From: Candidatus Atelocyanobacterium thalassae
Lineage (GTDB): Bacteria; Cyanobacteriota; Cyanobacteriia; Cyanobacteriales; Microcystaceae
Assembly (NCBI GenBank): GCA_051971635.1
Contig: JBFPLN010000001.1
Span: forward strand, 288,001 to 352,000
Length of the DNA: 64,000 nucleotides
Direction of reading: 5' to 3'
Shown: piece by piece, positions 55,995 through 64,000 of the stretch
How the letters are laid out: each line of letters starts with the position of its first letter
Numbering within the stretch: the first letter of the stretch is position 1
Made by a program: the position numbers and the translations under genes
The notes under the pieces: model-generated
What the model saw: only the letters and a program-made list of their open reading frames with translations
The model's database searches: none
Told to the model about the DNA's origin: nothing

Positions 55995-56000
55995 ATCAAA

Positions 56001-56714
56001 ATGGTTAATATTTCAACAAAGTTTATTGCTTTCGGTACATTGGTTACTGTTGGTATGTTTAGTTCAGTTTCCGAAGTACAAGCTCAACATTTTAAGTATC
56101 CAGAAACTAGAATGGTTGGTGAAGGATCTCCTTCTACAGTTGAATGGAGTAGCAATCCTGGTCCTCGTGCTTTTGAACGTAAGATTCAAAAAGTAGCTTT
56201 TGAATGTATTCCTCAAGCAGATGGATCTTATATTACCGAGGAAAAAGTAGTAGAGATCACATTTAATCCCGCCAAATATCCTATATATGTAGAGAATGAT
56301 CTTTCTTCTCAATATGTTGCTTTTGGAGAATTGACCGGAATGCCTATGATTCAGTGGACAGAAGATCGTCCTTCTAATCATAAAGATGGACTTTACACCG
56401 CTGAAAGCAGATGTCAGACTGTTAGTGCACGTTTAACGAATCTTGCCTATTCTTTTGGTGCTACTACACCTGTTGAAGTTGCCCAGGAATTTAATACTAG
56501 AATGGCTGTCGGCAAAATTAATGGAGAAAGAGTAATCTTCATTTCTAACAAGCCTCAAAAAGCTTCTACCGAGAATGTTGTCTTTACATTAAAACCTCAA
56601 AATGGAAACACATTTGCTGCTTCCCAAAGGGCTCTTGCCCAATTCCAAAATTCTATATCGGGAAGTATTGGTGGAGCAGGAAATCCTGGAGAACTACCCC
56701 CTATCGTAGAATAG
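56001..56714 (+). CDS. COP23 (circadian oscillating protein) domain secreted protein
   Basis: Signal peptide ending VQA; FEC, YTAESRCQTVSARL, VVFTLKP motifs; ATG 56001 preceded by GGAG. Confidence 0.7.
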   Translation: MVNISTKFIAFGTLVTVGMFSSVSEVQAQHFKYPETRMVGEGSPSTVEWSSNPGPRAFERKIQKVAFECIPQADGSYITEEKVVEITFNPAKYPIYVENDLSSQYVAFGELTGMPMIQWTEDRPSNHKDGLYTAESRCQTVSARLTNLAYSFGATTPVEVAQEFNTRMAVGKINGERVIFISNKPQKASTENVVFTLKPQNGNTFAASQRALAQFQNSISGSIGGAGNPGELPPIVE

Positions 56715-56765
56715 TTTTTTTAAACTAAGAATAATATTCATAAATATCATTTCTTTTTTTATTAT

Positions 56766-56802
56766 CTAGAGAGTTTATAAAATAATAACTCTCTAGTTTT
56801 TA
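56766..56802 (+). terminator. Intrinsic terminator after the COP23 gene
   Basis: CTAGAGAGTT / AACTCTCTAG stem followed by a T run. Confidence 0.65.
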
Positions 56803-56924
56803 TTTTTAAAAAAATTAGTAAAAAGATTTTTAAATAATATTAATTAAATATAAATGTAATACTCTATTTATGAGTGTAAATTAAAATAGTTTTTAATTTA
56901 CACTATTTATACAGAAATTTTTTT

Positions 56925-58364
56925 ATGGAGAGTCTTGTGCCTAATAAGTTAAATCATCCTTTTTCATGGATTGTAATCCTGATAACAGGAGGAATAATGT
57001 TTATTGGAGGTTTAACCTACAAAATTGCCAAAACTTCTATCTTAAAAAGTAATATTCACAATATAGTTACTGTTGCTAAACAAGAAAATTTGATTACTAG
57101 TATAGAAGTTGATGGTATATTAGAACCTATAGAAAGTATTGATATTAGTCCTAAATATCCAGGTAGGTTAGTTCAATTACTTACGCAACAAGGGAAGAGG
57201 GTTAAGCAAGGACAAATATTAGCGTTAATGGAACGTGCAGAAATAAGAGCTGAAGGAAAAATAGCTGAAGCGAAGTATAGTCAATCTTTAGCTGAAATGG
57301 AAGCAGCTAAAATAAGTATTCCCAGTGAAATTCAGAAAGCACAAACTCAACACATCAAATTAGAAGCTAGATTAGAAGAAATTAGAACTAGATTAGAACA
57401 GATAAGTAAGACAATTCCCAAGAAAGTTGAACAATTTAAAATAGAGTTAGTTTCATCTCAATCGAATTTACAATTAGCTACTTCTCGAATGAAACGAAGT
57501 GAGGAACTACTAAAAGAAGGAGTTATTACTCAAGATGATTTTGATAAGCTTTTAAATGATTATCACAAAGCTAAAGCAATCTTTCTCAAAAACGAAACAT
57601 TTTTGAAACAAATTACTAGTTCGCAAAATTTAGAAATCAATCAATTAAGACAAGAGGCTTTACAAGTTAAAGCAGAAGTTGCTGAAGCACAAATTACTGT
57701 TGAGGAGCGTAAAAAAATAGCAAAAAACGAATTTTCTCGCTTAGGATCTTTAATTAATGAATCTAAAGCCCAGTTAGAACGAGTTGTTATTAAATTTGAA
57801 GATACTGCTATTCGTGCGCCTTTTGATGGTCTTGTAGTTAGGCAATATGCTAAGCCAGGAGAATTTATTAATCCTATTTCGGGCTCCTTAAATTCAGTTG
57901 TTTCTTTAGCAAAAGGATTGAAAGTCACTACAGGAATTTTAAAAACTGATATTAATAGAGTAAAGAAAGGACAGCGAGTAAATATTACTAGCAATGTTTA
58001 TCCTGAACAACTGTTTCAAGGACAAGTTACTAAAGTTTTTTCAGAAACAGCTTTAAAAAATAATATAAAAACACCTCAAGTAACAATTAAATTAATTACT
58101 GGAGAAAATGAACTATCTCCTCAAACTAATTTAAAAGTATCTTTTTTAGAGAAAAACATACCTAATGCTTTAACTATACCAAATAACACAATCATAACTA
58201 AAGAAGGAAAGACAGGTGTTGTACTTATAAATGAATTTAATAACCCTGAATTTCAACCAGTCACACTAGGTAGAGTTTTGGATAGTAGAACTGAAATAAT
58301 TTTTGGATTAAATCCAGGGGATAAGCTATTAATCAATTCTTTAAAGAAAATAAATAGTATTTAA
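56925..58364 (+). CDS. HlyD/RND periplasmic adaptor (membrane fusion protein)
   Basis: N-terminal TM, ISPKYPGRL..QGKRVKQGQILA and IRAPFDGLV lipoyl half-motifs around a long coiled coil. Confidence 0.88.
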   Translation: MESLVPNKLNHPFSWIVILITGGIMFIGGLTYKIAKTSILKSNIHNIVTVAKQENLITSIEVDGILEPIESIDISPKYPGRLVQLLTQQGKRVKQGQILALMERAEIRAEGKIAEAKYSQSLAEMEAAKISIPSEIQKAQTQHIKLEARLEEIRTRLEQISKTIPKKVEQFKIELVSSQSNLQLATSRMKRSEELLKEGVITQDDFDKLLNDYHKAKAIFLKNETFLKQITSSQNLEINQLRQEALQVKAEVAEAQITVEERKKIAKNEFSRLGSLINESKAQLERVVIKFEDTAIRAPFDGLVVRQYAKPGEFINPISGSLNSVVSLAKGLKVTTGILKTDINRVKKGQRVNITSNVYPEQLFQGQVTKVFSETALKNNIKTPQVTIKLITGENELSPQTNLKVSFLEKNIPNALTIPNNTIITKEGKTGVVLINEFNNPEFQPVTLGRVLDSRTEIIFGLNPGDKLLINSLKKINSI

Positions 58365-58495
58365 ACAATAACTACTTGTATATTTTTGTAGTTTTAGAAA
58401 ATAAATAAAGAATTGTTTCCGTTCATATAAATAAATTATTAATAATAGTCAGAAATAGTTTATGCTTTCTTCAAATTTTATACCCACCAAATTAG

Positions 58496-58511
58496 GTTCG
58501 GGAAACTACAC
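58496..58511 (+). promoter_or_regulatory. K-box heat/light-responsive element upstream of dnaK
   Basis: GTTCGG-GAAA-CTACAC, one mismatch to GTTCGG-NNAN-CCNNAC. Confidence 0.7.
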
Positions 58512-58637
58512 TATCCTAGATCCCCTAAACCCCGTCAACATATATATAGGTAATTGATATTAAAGAAAACCTATTTTTAATAGTTTAAGCTAAATATCAG
58601 CTTTGAATAAATTTTATAAAAATTAAGGAGTCAAAAT

Positions 58638-60551
58638 ATGGGAAAAGTCGTTGGAATTGATTTAGGAACTACTAACTCTTGCGTTGCAGTAATGGAAGGT
58701 GGAAAACCAACTGTAATTGCCAATGCAGAAGGTTTTCGTACTACTCCTTCCGTAGTTGCTTATACAAAAGGTGGTGATCGTTTAGTAGGTCAAATTGCTA
58801 AACGTCAAGCAGTAATGAATCCAGAAAATACATTTTATTCGGTTAAACGTTTTATAGGCCGTAAACATAATGAATTAAGTACCGGCTCTAGTGATGTATC
58901 ATATAATATCGCAAAAGATGCAAATGGTAATGTTAAGCTAGAATGCTCTGCTCAAGGCAAACAATTCTCTGCTGAGGAAATATCAGCTCAAGTTTTACGT
59001 AAATTAGTTGAAGATGCAAGTAAATATCTTGGAGAAAAAGTAACTGAAGCAGTAATAACTGTTCCTGCTTATTTTAATGATTCTCAACGTCAGGCAACAA
59101 AAGATGCAGGAAAAATTGCTGGTATTGAAGTCAAACGTATTATCAATGAACCTACAGCCGCATCTCTGGCTTATGGTCTAGATAAGAAAAGTAATGAAAC
59201 TATCTTGGTTTTTGACTTAGGTGGTGGAACTTTTGATGTATCCGTTTTGGAAGTTGGAGATGGTGTGTTTGAAGTATTATCTACTTCTGGTGATACTCAT
59301 CTAGGGGGAGATGATTTTGACAAAAAAATAGTTGATCATCTAGCTGGTACATTTGAAAAAAATGAAGGTATTGATCTTCGTAAAGATAAACAAGCTCTGC
59401 AGCGTTTAACAGAAGCGGCAGAAAAAGCTAAGATCGAGTTATCTGGAGTTACTCAAAGCGAAATTAATCTTCCTTTTATTACAGCTACACAAGAAGGACC
59501 AAAGCATCTCGATATAACTCTTACAAGAGCACAATTTGAAGAACTTTGTTCTGATCTAATTGATCGTTCTCGTACTCCTGTGGAGAAAGCAATGAAAGAT
59601 GCAAAACTAACTAAAGATGATATCCATGAAGTCGTTCTAGTGGGAGGTTCTACACGTATTCCTGCAGTTCAAGAGTTGGTAAAAAAAATCTTAGGAAAGG
59701 ATCCCAATAAAGGAGTTAATCCAGATGAAGTCGTAGCTATGGGAGCTGCTATTCAGGGAGGAGTCTTAGCAGGAGAAGTTAAAGATATTTTACTTCTTGA
59801 TGTTACTCCGTTATCACTTGGAGTAGAAACTTTAGGTGGTGTAATGACAAAAATTATTCCTCGTAATACGACTATTCCAACAAAAAAATCTGAGGTTTTT
59901 TCTACTGCAGTTGATAGTCAAAGTAACGTAGAAATTCATGTACTTCAAGGAGAACGTGAAATGGCTAAAGATAATAAAGATTTAGGTTTATTCCGCCTTG
60001 ACGGAATTCCTCCAGCACCTCGTGGTGTTCCTCAAATCGAAGTAACTTTTGATATCGATGCGAATGGTATTCTTAATGTAACAGCTAAGGATAAAGGGAC
60101 TGGGAAAGAGCAGTCAATAAGTATTACTGGAGCTTCTACTTTACCAGACAAAGAAGTTGACAGAATGGTTAAAGAAGCTGAGGATAATGCAAATGAAGAC
60201 AAAGAACGTAGAGAAAAAATTGATCGTAAAAATCAAGCTGACTCATTAGTATACCAGGCTGATAAGCAACTCAAAGAGCTAGAGGATAAAATATCAGCTG
60301 ATGATAAAACCAAAGCTGAAGAACTGGTCAAGCAATTAAAAGAAGCAATTGCTGAAGATAATGACGACAATATAAAATCATTAACTGAAGAATTACAACA
60401 GCTTCTTTACAGTATTGGTACAAGTGTTTATCAGCAATCAGAATCAGATTCTAATACTCCAGATTCTCATGATTCTTCTGATGCAAATTCAGAAGATGTT
60501 TCTGATACTGGCGATGACGTAATAGATGCTGAATTCTCAGAATCCAAATAG
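58638..60551 (+). CDS. dnaK: Chaperone DnaK (DnaK2 type)
   Basis: [26 protein letters not shown]-terminal [18 protein letters not shown]. Confidence 0.97.
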   Translation: MGKVVGIDLGTTNSCVAVMEGGKPTVIANAEGFRTTPSVVAYTKGGDRLVGQIAKRQAVMNPENTFYSVKRFIGRKHNELSTGSSDVSYNIAKDANGNVKLECSAQGKQFSAEEISAQVLRKLVEDASKYLGEKVTEAVITVPAYFNDSQRQATKDAGKIAGIEVKRIINEPTAASLAYGLDKKSNETILVFDLGGGTFDVSVLEVGDGVFEVLSTSGDTHLGGDDFDKKIVDHLAGTFEKNEGIDLRKDKQALQRLTEAAEKAKIELSGVTQSEINLPFITATQEGPKHLDITLTRAQFEELCSDLIDRSRTPVEKAMKDAKLTKDDIHEVVLVGGSTRIPAVQELVKKILGKDPNKGVNPDEVVAMGAAIQGGVLAGEVKDILLLDVTPLSLGVETLGGVMTKIIPRNTTIPTKKSEVFSTAVDSQSNVEIHVLQGEREMAKDNKDLGLFRLDGIPPAPRGVPQIEVTFDIDANGILNVTAKDKGTGKEQSISITGASTLPDKEVDRMVKEAEDNANEDKERREKIDRKNQADSLVYQADKQLKELEDKISADDKTKAEELVKQLKEAIAEDNDDNIKSLTEELQQLLYSIGTSVYQQSESDSNTPDSHDSSDANSEDVSDTGDDVIDAEFSESK

Positions 60552-60580
60552 TTTTAAAATATTTATAACTATAAATTAAT

Positions 60581-60663
60581 AAAAAGTTACAAATAACTTA
60601 GTAACTTTTTAATAGCTTTATTCTTTAACCAATAACATAGTTTAAAATTGGTTAAAGAATAAA
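60581..60663 (+). terminator. Two tandem hairpins after dnaK
   Basis: AAAAAGTTAC/GTAACTTTTT (60581-60610) and 17-bp TTTATTCTTTAACCAAT/ATTGGTTAAAGAATAAA (60617-60663). Confidence 0.6.
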
Positions 60664-60917
60664 TATTATAGTAATTAGTTGGATGACAATAGACTATTAG
60701 CTTATATTCTTACTTATCTTATTAAAGATAAGAAAAATATAGAGTAACTGATATAAAACAGAATAATAAAGTGATAATCTTAGCTTAAATAATCTTTTCA
60801 AAGAAAATATTCTCCATATTATTTTTTATATACTAAGTCCAAAACTTTCTTGTCAGAAATTGTTGACTTTTTCTAAAAAAAAGTCTTAACTTTAACAAGT
60901 TGCTAAGGATAAAATAT

Positions 60918-61748
60918 ATGACAATTGAATCACCCATTCCTGTTATTGTTAATGGCGCTGGAGGAAAAATGGGACGTGAAGTAATTAAACACGTTACCCA
61001 ATCAGAAGACATGGTATTAATAGGTGCTGTAGATGTAAATCCTGATTATCTTGGAAAAGATGTTGGAGAATTAGCTGGAATCGAAACCTTGGAAATTCCT
61101 ATCGTTGATGATCTAGAAAGTATATTGATAACAGCAACCCAGGAAAAAGTGCAAGGAGTTATGGTTGATTTCACTACTCCAAATAACATGTACAATAACA
61201 TAAGAAGTGCAATTGCCTATGGAGTACGTCCTGTTGTAGGAACTACAGGAGGCTTAACAAATGAACAGTTGAAAGACTTAGAAGAATTCGCAGAGAAAGC
61301 AAGTACTGGATGCTTAATTATTCCTAACTTCTCTATAGGTATAGTGTTACTCCAAAAAGCTGCTATAGAAGCTTCAAAATATTTTGATAATGTTGAAATA
61401 ATTGAATCTCATCATAATCATAAGGTAGATGCTCCAAGCGGTACTGCAATCCAAACAGCTCAGATGTTATCTAGTTCTGAAAAAATTTATAATACTTCTT
61501 CTGTAGAAGAAACAGAAACTATAAAATCTTCTAGAGGTTGCTTAGCATCTAATAATATTAGAATACATAGTGTACGCTTACCTGGTTTAATTGCTCACCA
61601 AGAAGTAATCTTTGGCTCAGAGGGACAAGTTTACACTCTCCGTCATGATACTAGTGATAGATCCTGCTATATGCCAGGTATATTAATTGCTATTAGACAA
61701 GTAACTCGATTAAAGTCTTTAGTCTACGGATTAGATAAAATTCTTTAG
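60918..61748 (+). CDS. dapB: 4-hydroxy-tetrahydrodipicolinate reductase
   Basis: [41 protein letters not shown] at 60918 preferred. Confidence 0.95.
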   Translation: MTIESPIPVIVNGAGGKMGREVIKHVTQSEDMVLIGAVDVNPDYLGKDVGELAGIETLEIPIVDDLESILITATQEKVQGVMVDFTTPNNMYNNIRSAIAYGVRPVVGTTGGLTNEQLKDLEEFAEKASTGCLIIPNFSIGIVLLQKAAIEASKYFDNVEIIESHHNHKVDAPSGTAIQTAQMLSSSEKIYNTSSVEETETIKSSRGCLASNNIRIHSVRLPGLIAHQEVIFGSEGQVYTLRHDTSDRSCYMPGILIAIRQVTRLKSLVYGLDKIL

Positions 61749-61817
61749 ATCAGACTTGAATTAATATCTAAAAAATCACATCTCTATTCACGATTAAGTA
61801 TAAGAAATTAATCTTCC

Positions 61818-62969
61818 TTAAATAAAATTTTGCTTTAAACCAGACAAAGTAATACTTTTTTCTATTTTACTTAATCCCTTTCCTTGAATGCACACTTTAA
61901 AACGTCCTAGTCCTCTAGGATCTATTAATTGATGAAGGCTATCTCTCTTGGCTAATACATCTGATAAGGTATATTTATTAGAGGATAAATCAGCTAACCG
62001 TTCACCGATTCCTAAACTAATCAAAAATAACTCTTGTTGAGTTATTCCAAGCATTTCCAATCCTAGTAAATTTCCTTGCATTTCTATAGCTGAGAAATCT
62101 ACATGAGCAGTTATATCTTGATATCCAAGATTAATATAAGGATTACAATGATATCGATGTTGATAATAGCAACTTAGGGTGCCTTGATATCGTTGAGGAT
62201 GATAATATTTGGAAGCAATATAACCATAGTCAATCGTGACTAAATATCCTTTTCTAATTTTATTTGATACAGTTTTTAACCAGTCCAAAGCTTTTAAATT
62301 AACTTCTGTTCTGTAATTTTCCGGATAATGTTGAGTAGTTAAATCTACATTAATTAACTGAAAATAATCTAGTAGTTTAGAAGTTGATAATTCTTGAATA
62401 ACTTCTTGAATATTATTATCTTTGATAGTAACGTAAATCTCTTTTAGTTTATGATTTTGAACTATAATTTGGTGTACTGGAAACGCATCTATCAATTCAT
62501 TACTAAAGATACATCCAAATATTGAGTTATTCGGAATTTCTTCCCAAGAACTCCATGTTATTTTATCGATGTACTCTAATTTTTTTTTCTGTTCTTTTAT
62601 TAATGTTTTAGATTCTTCGATAATAATATATTCAAGTTTCTGATAAAACTCAGGATATTTTTCTTTTAAGTACGTAAGTATATCGGAAGCTAGAGTAGCA
62701 TAACCTGCACCTACTTCTACTAAAGTAAATTTATCAAAATGACCTAAGATATTAGTCATGTCTTTAAACTGCTCTGCCAACAACTCTCCAAAATCTTTAC
62801 CTAGTGAAGATGATGTGAAAAAATCTCCTTTAGAACCAATATTTACCTTTCCGGAACCGTAATACCCCTGTTGAGGGTCATACAGAACTAGATTCATATA
62901 ATCAGCAAAAGTTATACGTTTATGAGTAGTTAATTGAATTTGATCATTGATAGTTTCTAATATACTCAT
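61818..62969 (-). CDS. MidA/NDUFAF7-family SAM-dependent methyltransferase
   Basis: FADYMNLVLY..GYY, GDFFTS, EVGAG, SNELIDAFP, IDYG, QDITAHVDF. Confidence 0.88.
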   Translation of the reverse strand: MSILETINDQIQLTTHKRITFADYMNLVLYDPQQGYYGSGKVNIGSKGDFFTSSSLGKDFGELLAEQFKDMTNILGHFDKFTLVEVGAGYATLASDILTYLKEKYPEFYQKLEYIIIEESKTLIKEQKKKLEYIDKITWSSWEEIPNNSIFGCIFSNELIDAFPVHQIIVQNHKLKEIYVTIKDNNIQEVIQELSTSKLLDYFQLINVDLTTQHYPENYRTEVNLKALDWLKTVSNKIRKGYLVTIDYGYIASKYYHPQRYQGTLSCYYQHRYHCNPYINLGYQDITAHVDFSAIEMQGNLLGLEMLGITQQELFLISLGIGERLADLSSNKYTLSDVLAKRDSLHQLIDPRGLGRFKVCIQGKGLSKIEKSITLSGLKQNFI

Positions 62970-63227
62970 TATGTTCTTAAAATTGTAATAGAATACTATT
63001 CTTTGTAATTAATTGCGTCGTCAAGATCTTAATACTAAATAGTTATTTGAATACTTAATTTAAGATATATCTTCTTAAGATTTTCTGAATTAAACAATAT
63101 ATTTAATTATGTTAAAACTTTATATAGTTTAATTTTTAATTTGAAAAAAAATTAATATTATGATGCAATTTAATAGATAAGAGCTATAATTTATTTACCT
63201 TCCTAAACTTGAAGTAAAGGAGTTATT

Positions 63228-63437
63228 ATGTTTATTAAAGAATTAGAGCCTATCTTGAAAGAACTTATTCAGCAACCTCTTGCCTTTACTGGTGGCTTTG
63301 CTTCTAGTTTGCTAAGATTAAAGATCACAGATGATCCTTTGAAAGGCTGGCTACATAAACAAGGATTTAATTCTCATCAGTTTTATGATGATTTTGATAA
63401 GAAAAATTCAGGACCTAAAAACATATCAATCGATTAG
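63228..63437 (+). CDS. Small conserved cyanobacterial/plastid protein (UPF0426-like)
   Basis: QQPLAFTGGF...DDPLKGWL...GPKNISID; GGAG RBS. Confidence 0.7.
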   Translation: MFIKELEPILKELIQQPLAFTGGFASSLLRLKITDDPLKGWLHKQGFNSHQFYDDFDKKNSGPKNISID

Positions 63438-63584
63438 TATTAACATCGCAATATTTCTTATATAGTGCATTTTAATATTATCCTTAGATAAATTGTAAAG
63501 TTTTTATAAATTCATATTTACCTAATAAGTTAAGTGAGACAGAGTCCTTTCCATAGTGAAAATCTTAGTTCATAGTTCGATTTA

Positions 63585-64000
63585 CTAAGATTGTTTTGCA
63601 AAAAATTCTGAAAATTTAGTACATTGAAGCAAGAATCTTTTTGGAATTTCTATATAATTACCGAAATGTAAATGTAAATAAGAAGCGTGAATATTATAAT
63701 TGCACCATCCTTCGCTATAGCTTGATGATTGTCCATACCAATTAGAAAGTTTAAAGATAGGATAGGAAGATTCAAATGTTAATGAGGAGCGATGAAACTC
63801 ATGTCCCCAAAGAGTTTCACCATGTTTCAATATAAAACCTGAGCGAGAAGCTACTGCCTGCCTATAGCCTAAAGTTAAATAACTTCCCATCTTAGCGGTA
63901 GTTGGTAATATTCCTGCCATTGGCCAAGATTCTCCCTCTAAAGTAGTAATATTTTGGCAAAGATACATTAGTCCTCCACATTCTGCATATATTGGCATAC
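63585..64000 (-). CDS. cbiA: Cobyrinate a,c-diamide synthase, C-terminal glutaminase part (partial)
   Basis: IYAECGGLMYL, GHEFH, ASYLHLHF; ORF extends past the window end. Confidence 0.88.
   Translation of the reverse strand, partial: MPIYAECGGLMYLCQNITTLEGESWPMAGILPTTAKMGSYLTLGYRQAVASRSGFILKHGETLWGHEFHRSSLTFESSYPIFKLSNWYGQSSSYSEGWCNYNIHASYLHLHFGNYIEIPKRFLLQCTKFSEFFAKQS

Overview
AT-rich (roughly 30% GC by eye) chromosomal segment of a unicellular cyanobacterium with Crocosphaera/Cyanothece-like proteins and long, very AT-rich spacers. This fits a reduced symbiont genome, most likely UCYN-A (Ca. Atelocyanobacterium thalassa); that assignment is an inference, not a database result. The window has about 47 CDSs, including dnaG, pyrF, ctaCDE, rlmD-pmgA, ndk, cobS, nrdB, clpB, sigD, menE, petF, murQ, dnaK, dapB and partial cbiA/cobB. 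Four CDSs missing from the ORF track were read directly from the sequence: ndhQ, rpmF, petG and a partial TM2/SHOCT gene. Main highlights: (1) a tRNA-Arg(CCU) gene split by a 256-nt group I intron with an extra P7.1-like hairpin; (2) a structured 5' leader of the COP23 gene carrying both a Yfr1-target-like and a Yfr1-like motif; (3) a dedicated ECF importer with an unassigned S-component; (4) K-box-like heat-shock motifs before dnaK and clpB. I saw no transposases, prophage, CRISPR array or rRNA.
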